Source of the DNA: an uncultured Eubacteriales bacterium
GTDB taxonomy: Bacteria > Acidobacteriota > Aminicenantia > Aminicenantales > UBA8522
Assembly: GCA_964558915.1 (NCBI GenBank)
Contig: CAZLFV010000001.1
Coordinates: 6,313 to 70,312 of the forward strand
Direction of reading: 5' to 3'
Length of the DNA: 64,000 bases
In this document: positions 63,191 to 64,000 of the stretch, in pieces
Position numbering within the stretch: the stretch's first letter is position 1
Layout of the letters: each line of letters opens with the position of its first letter
The notes under the pieces: model-generated
Seen by the model: only the letters and a program-made list of their open reading frames with translations
Told to the model about the DNA's origin: nothing
Database searches by the model: none
Position numbers and translations under genes: made by a program

Positions 63191-64000
63191 CGATGAATTT
63201 TTTACCCTCCAAAGCACAGGCTTTTCTGAGATAACTCTTGAAGAGAAATTCAAAATCGGCCGTGTTCTCTTCTCCAAACCACCAGAACCAGTCCGAGCCC
63301 TCGGCTACGAAAATCTGTTCTCTCGGGCCGCAGAGTTCTCTGGCCAGGGAGAGTTTGTCCCAGCCGGCGTTTTTTGCCGGCGACCCGAGCCACTTGGAAA
63401 AGTTCCCCATCCAGGTTCCGGCAACCAGCTGGATCTCTGTTTTGGGCTTGTGGAGGGCAAGATAATCCTGGAGGAAGATTGGCTGGATCGGCTCCCGTTT
63501 TTTGAGCTGAATGTAGAATTCCCGAAGGAACGGGACGCCATTTAGTTTATATCCTGCCCAGGGGTTTTCCCCATCCAGGGCGAGAACGCAGATCGCGTCC
63601 TGTGATGCGGATTCTCTCCTTTTTTCGAGCTGATTCATGAAATGCACCACGGCTTCTTTTTCATTCCACTTCCAGTATTCGAAACTGAGAAGGTCTGAGA
63701 GCTCGCGGTCGCGAAAGAAGACGGCAAGGCCTTGACAGGAGTGCGGTCGGTAAAGAAGATTCGGGTCGGGGGTTTTGTGCAGGCTTTTCCAAAGGAGATT
63801 CTCGTCTGTTACAGCGAAATCATAACCTTTTGTTGAGATGGCCCGCGCCACCTCCTGGCTGATGCCTCCCTCCGAGGGCCAGAAGCCTCTGGGGGCATTC
63901 CCAAAAACTCGCTTGAAATACTCTCTTCCTTTTTCGATTTGAGCATTGCCGTCCTCAGGATGGGCGAACGGACGGGAAGGCATTTTCTCCTCCCCGCCAA
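63183..64000 (-). CDS. GH57-family protein, C-terminal part (gene continues beyond window)
   Basis: GFWPSEGGIS nucleophile-type region, LDGENPW, EGSDWFWWFGE. The frame is open to the window end. The first GH57 motifs (HQP) are absent, so the N-terminus must lie outside. Confidence 0.55.
   Translation of the reverse strand, partial: GGEEKMPSRPFAHPEDGNAQIEKGREYFKRVFGNAPRGFWPSEGGISQEVARAISTKGYDFAVTDENLLWKSLHKTPDPNLLYRPHSCQGLAVFFRDRELSDLLSFEYWKWNEKEAVVHFMNQLEKRRESASQDAICVLALDGENPWAGYKLNGVPFLREFYIQLKKREPIQPIFLQDYLALHKPKTEIQLVAGTWMGNFSKWLGSPAKNAGWDKLSLARELCGPREQIFVAEGSDWFWWFGEENTADFEFLFKSYLRKACALEGKKFIDE

Noticed and set aside
63983-64000. GGAGGAG-ATG at 63983 as the true start of the last GH57 gene
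   Set aside because: The encoded protein would begin in the middle of a GH57 catalytic domain, with no HQP-type first motif. The frame remains open to the window edge.
1-64000. CRISPR arrays, rRNA genes, IS elements, prophage genes, toxin-antitoxin pairs, tmRNA / RNase P / SRP RNA
   Set aside because: No regularly spaced short repeats, no transposase, integrase or phage-like ORFs. None of the conserved RNA signature strings I looked for were seen. Absence is by eye only and should be confirmed with Infernal/Rfam and ISfinder-type searches.

Overview
Chromosomal fragment of a moderately GC-rich bacterium that uses strong GGAGG-type Shine-Dalgarno sites. It has no rRNA and one tRNA, and I saw no transposase, integrase or CRISPR array.

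Left part (1-32.2 kb), about 85% on the + strand, mostly housekeeping:
- S9 peptidase (partial), yraN, cysS
- a split saccharopine pathway pair followed by a MEMO-like gene
- an hrcA-grpE-dnaK-dnaJ-rsmE-Ser/Thr kinase operon whose DnaK lacks the lid
- ilvE, pilT, alaS, a lytic transglycosylase and a lipid kinase / membrane protein block
- a protease-TPR protein
- a sharply AT-rich two-ORF islet abutting tRNA-Leu(UAG)
- tig, lon, rho

Predicted terminus: at 32478..32505, in an AT-rich convergent spacer, lies a 28-bp sequence that matches Xer/dif sites. Gene orientation flips here, and about 85% of genes to the right are on the - strand. I read this as the replication terminus, with parAB unusually right next to it.

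Right of the terminus the region looks plastic:
- a decayed Crp/Fnr plus Fe-S protein pseudogene pair
- a DDAH-like gene and a transglutaminase-like gene
- a large direct segmental duplication (38029-39500 versus 43685-45946). The two copies carry reciprocal deletions flanked by microhomology.
- between the copies, a 4.1-kb cassette: an Rrf2 regulator plus a SufS-like desulfurase / small membrane protein / PP-loop ATPase operon, linked by a shared TGTAACTAA operator motif. This is my best candidate for an uncharacterised system, a dedicated thiolation module.

The remainder holds an aldo/keto reductase (AKR), a PEBP-family gene (phosphatidylethanolamine-binding protein family, YbhB/YbcL type), an acyl-CoA synthetase, a RACo-like activator, a beta-CASP nuclease, rlmI, a Nudix gene and glgA. 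It ends in a translationally coupled glycogen operon with three GH57 paralogues, glgC, an embedded GAF histidine kinase / CheY pair and a galT-like gene.

All calls come from reading the sequence and the ORF translations. No database search was run.
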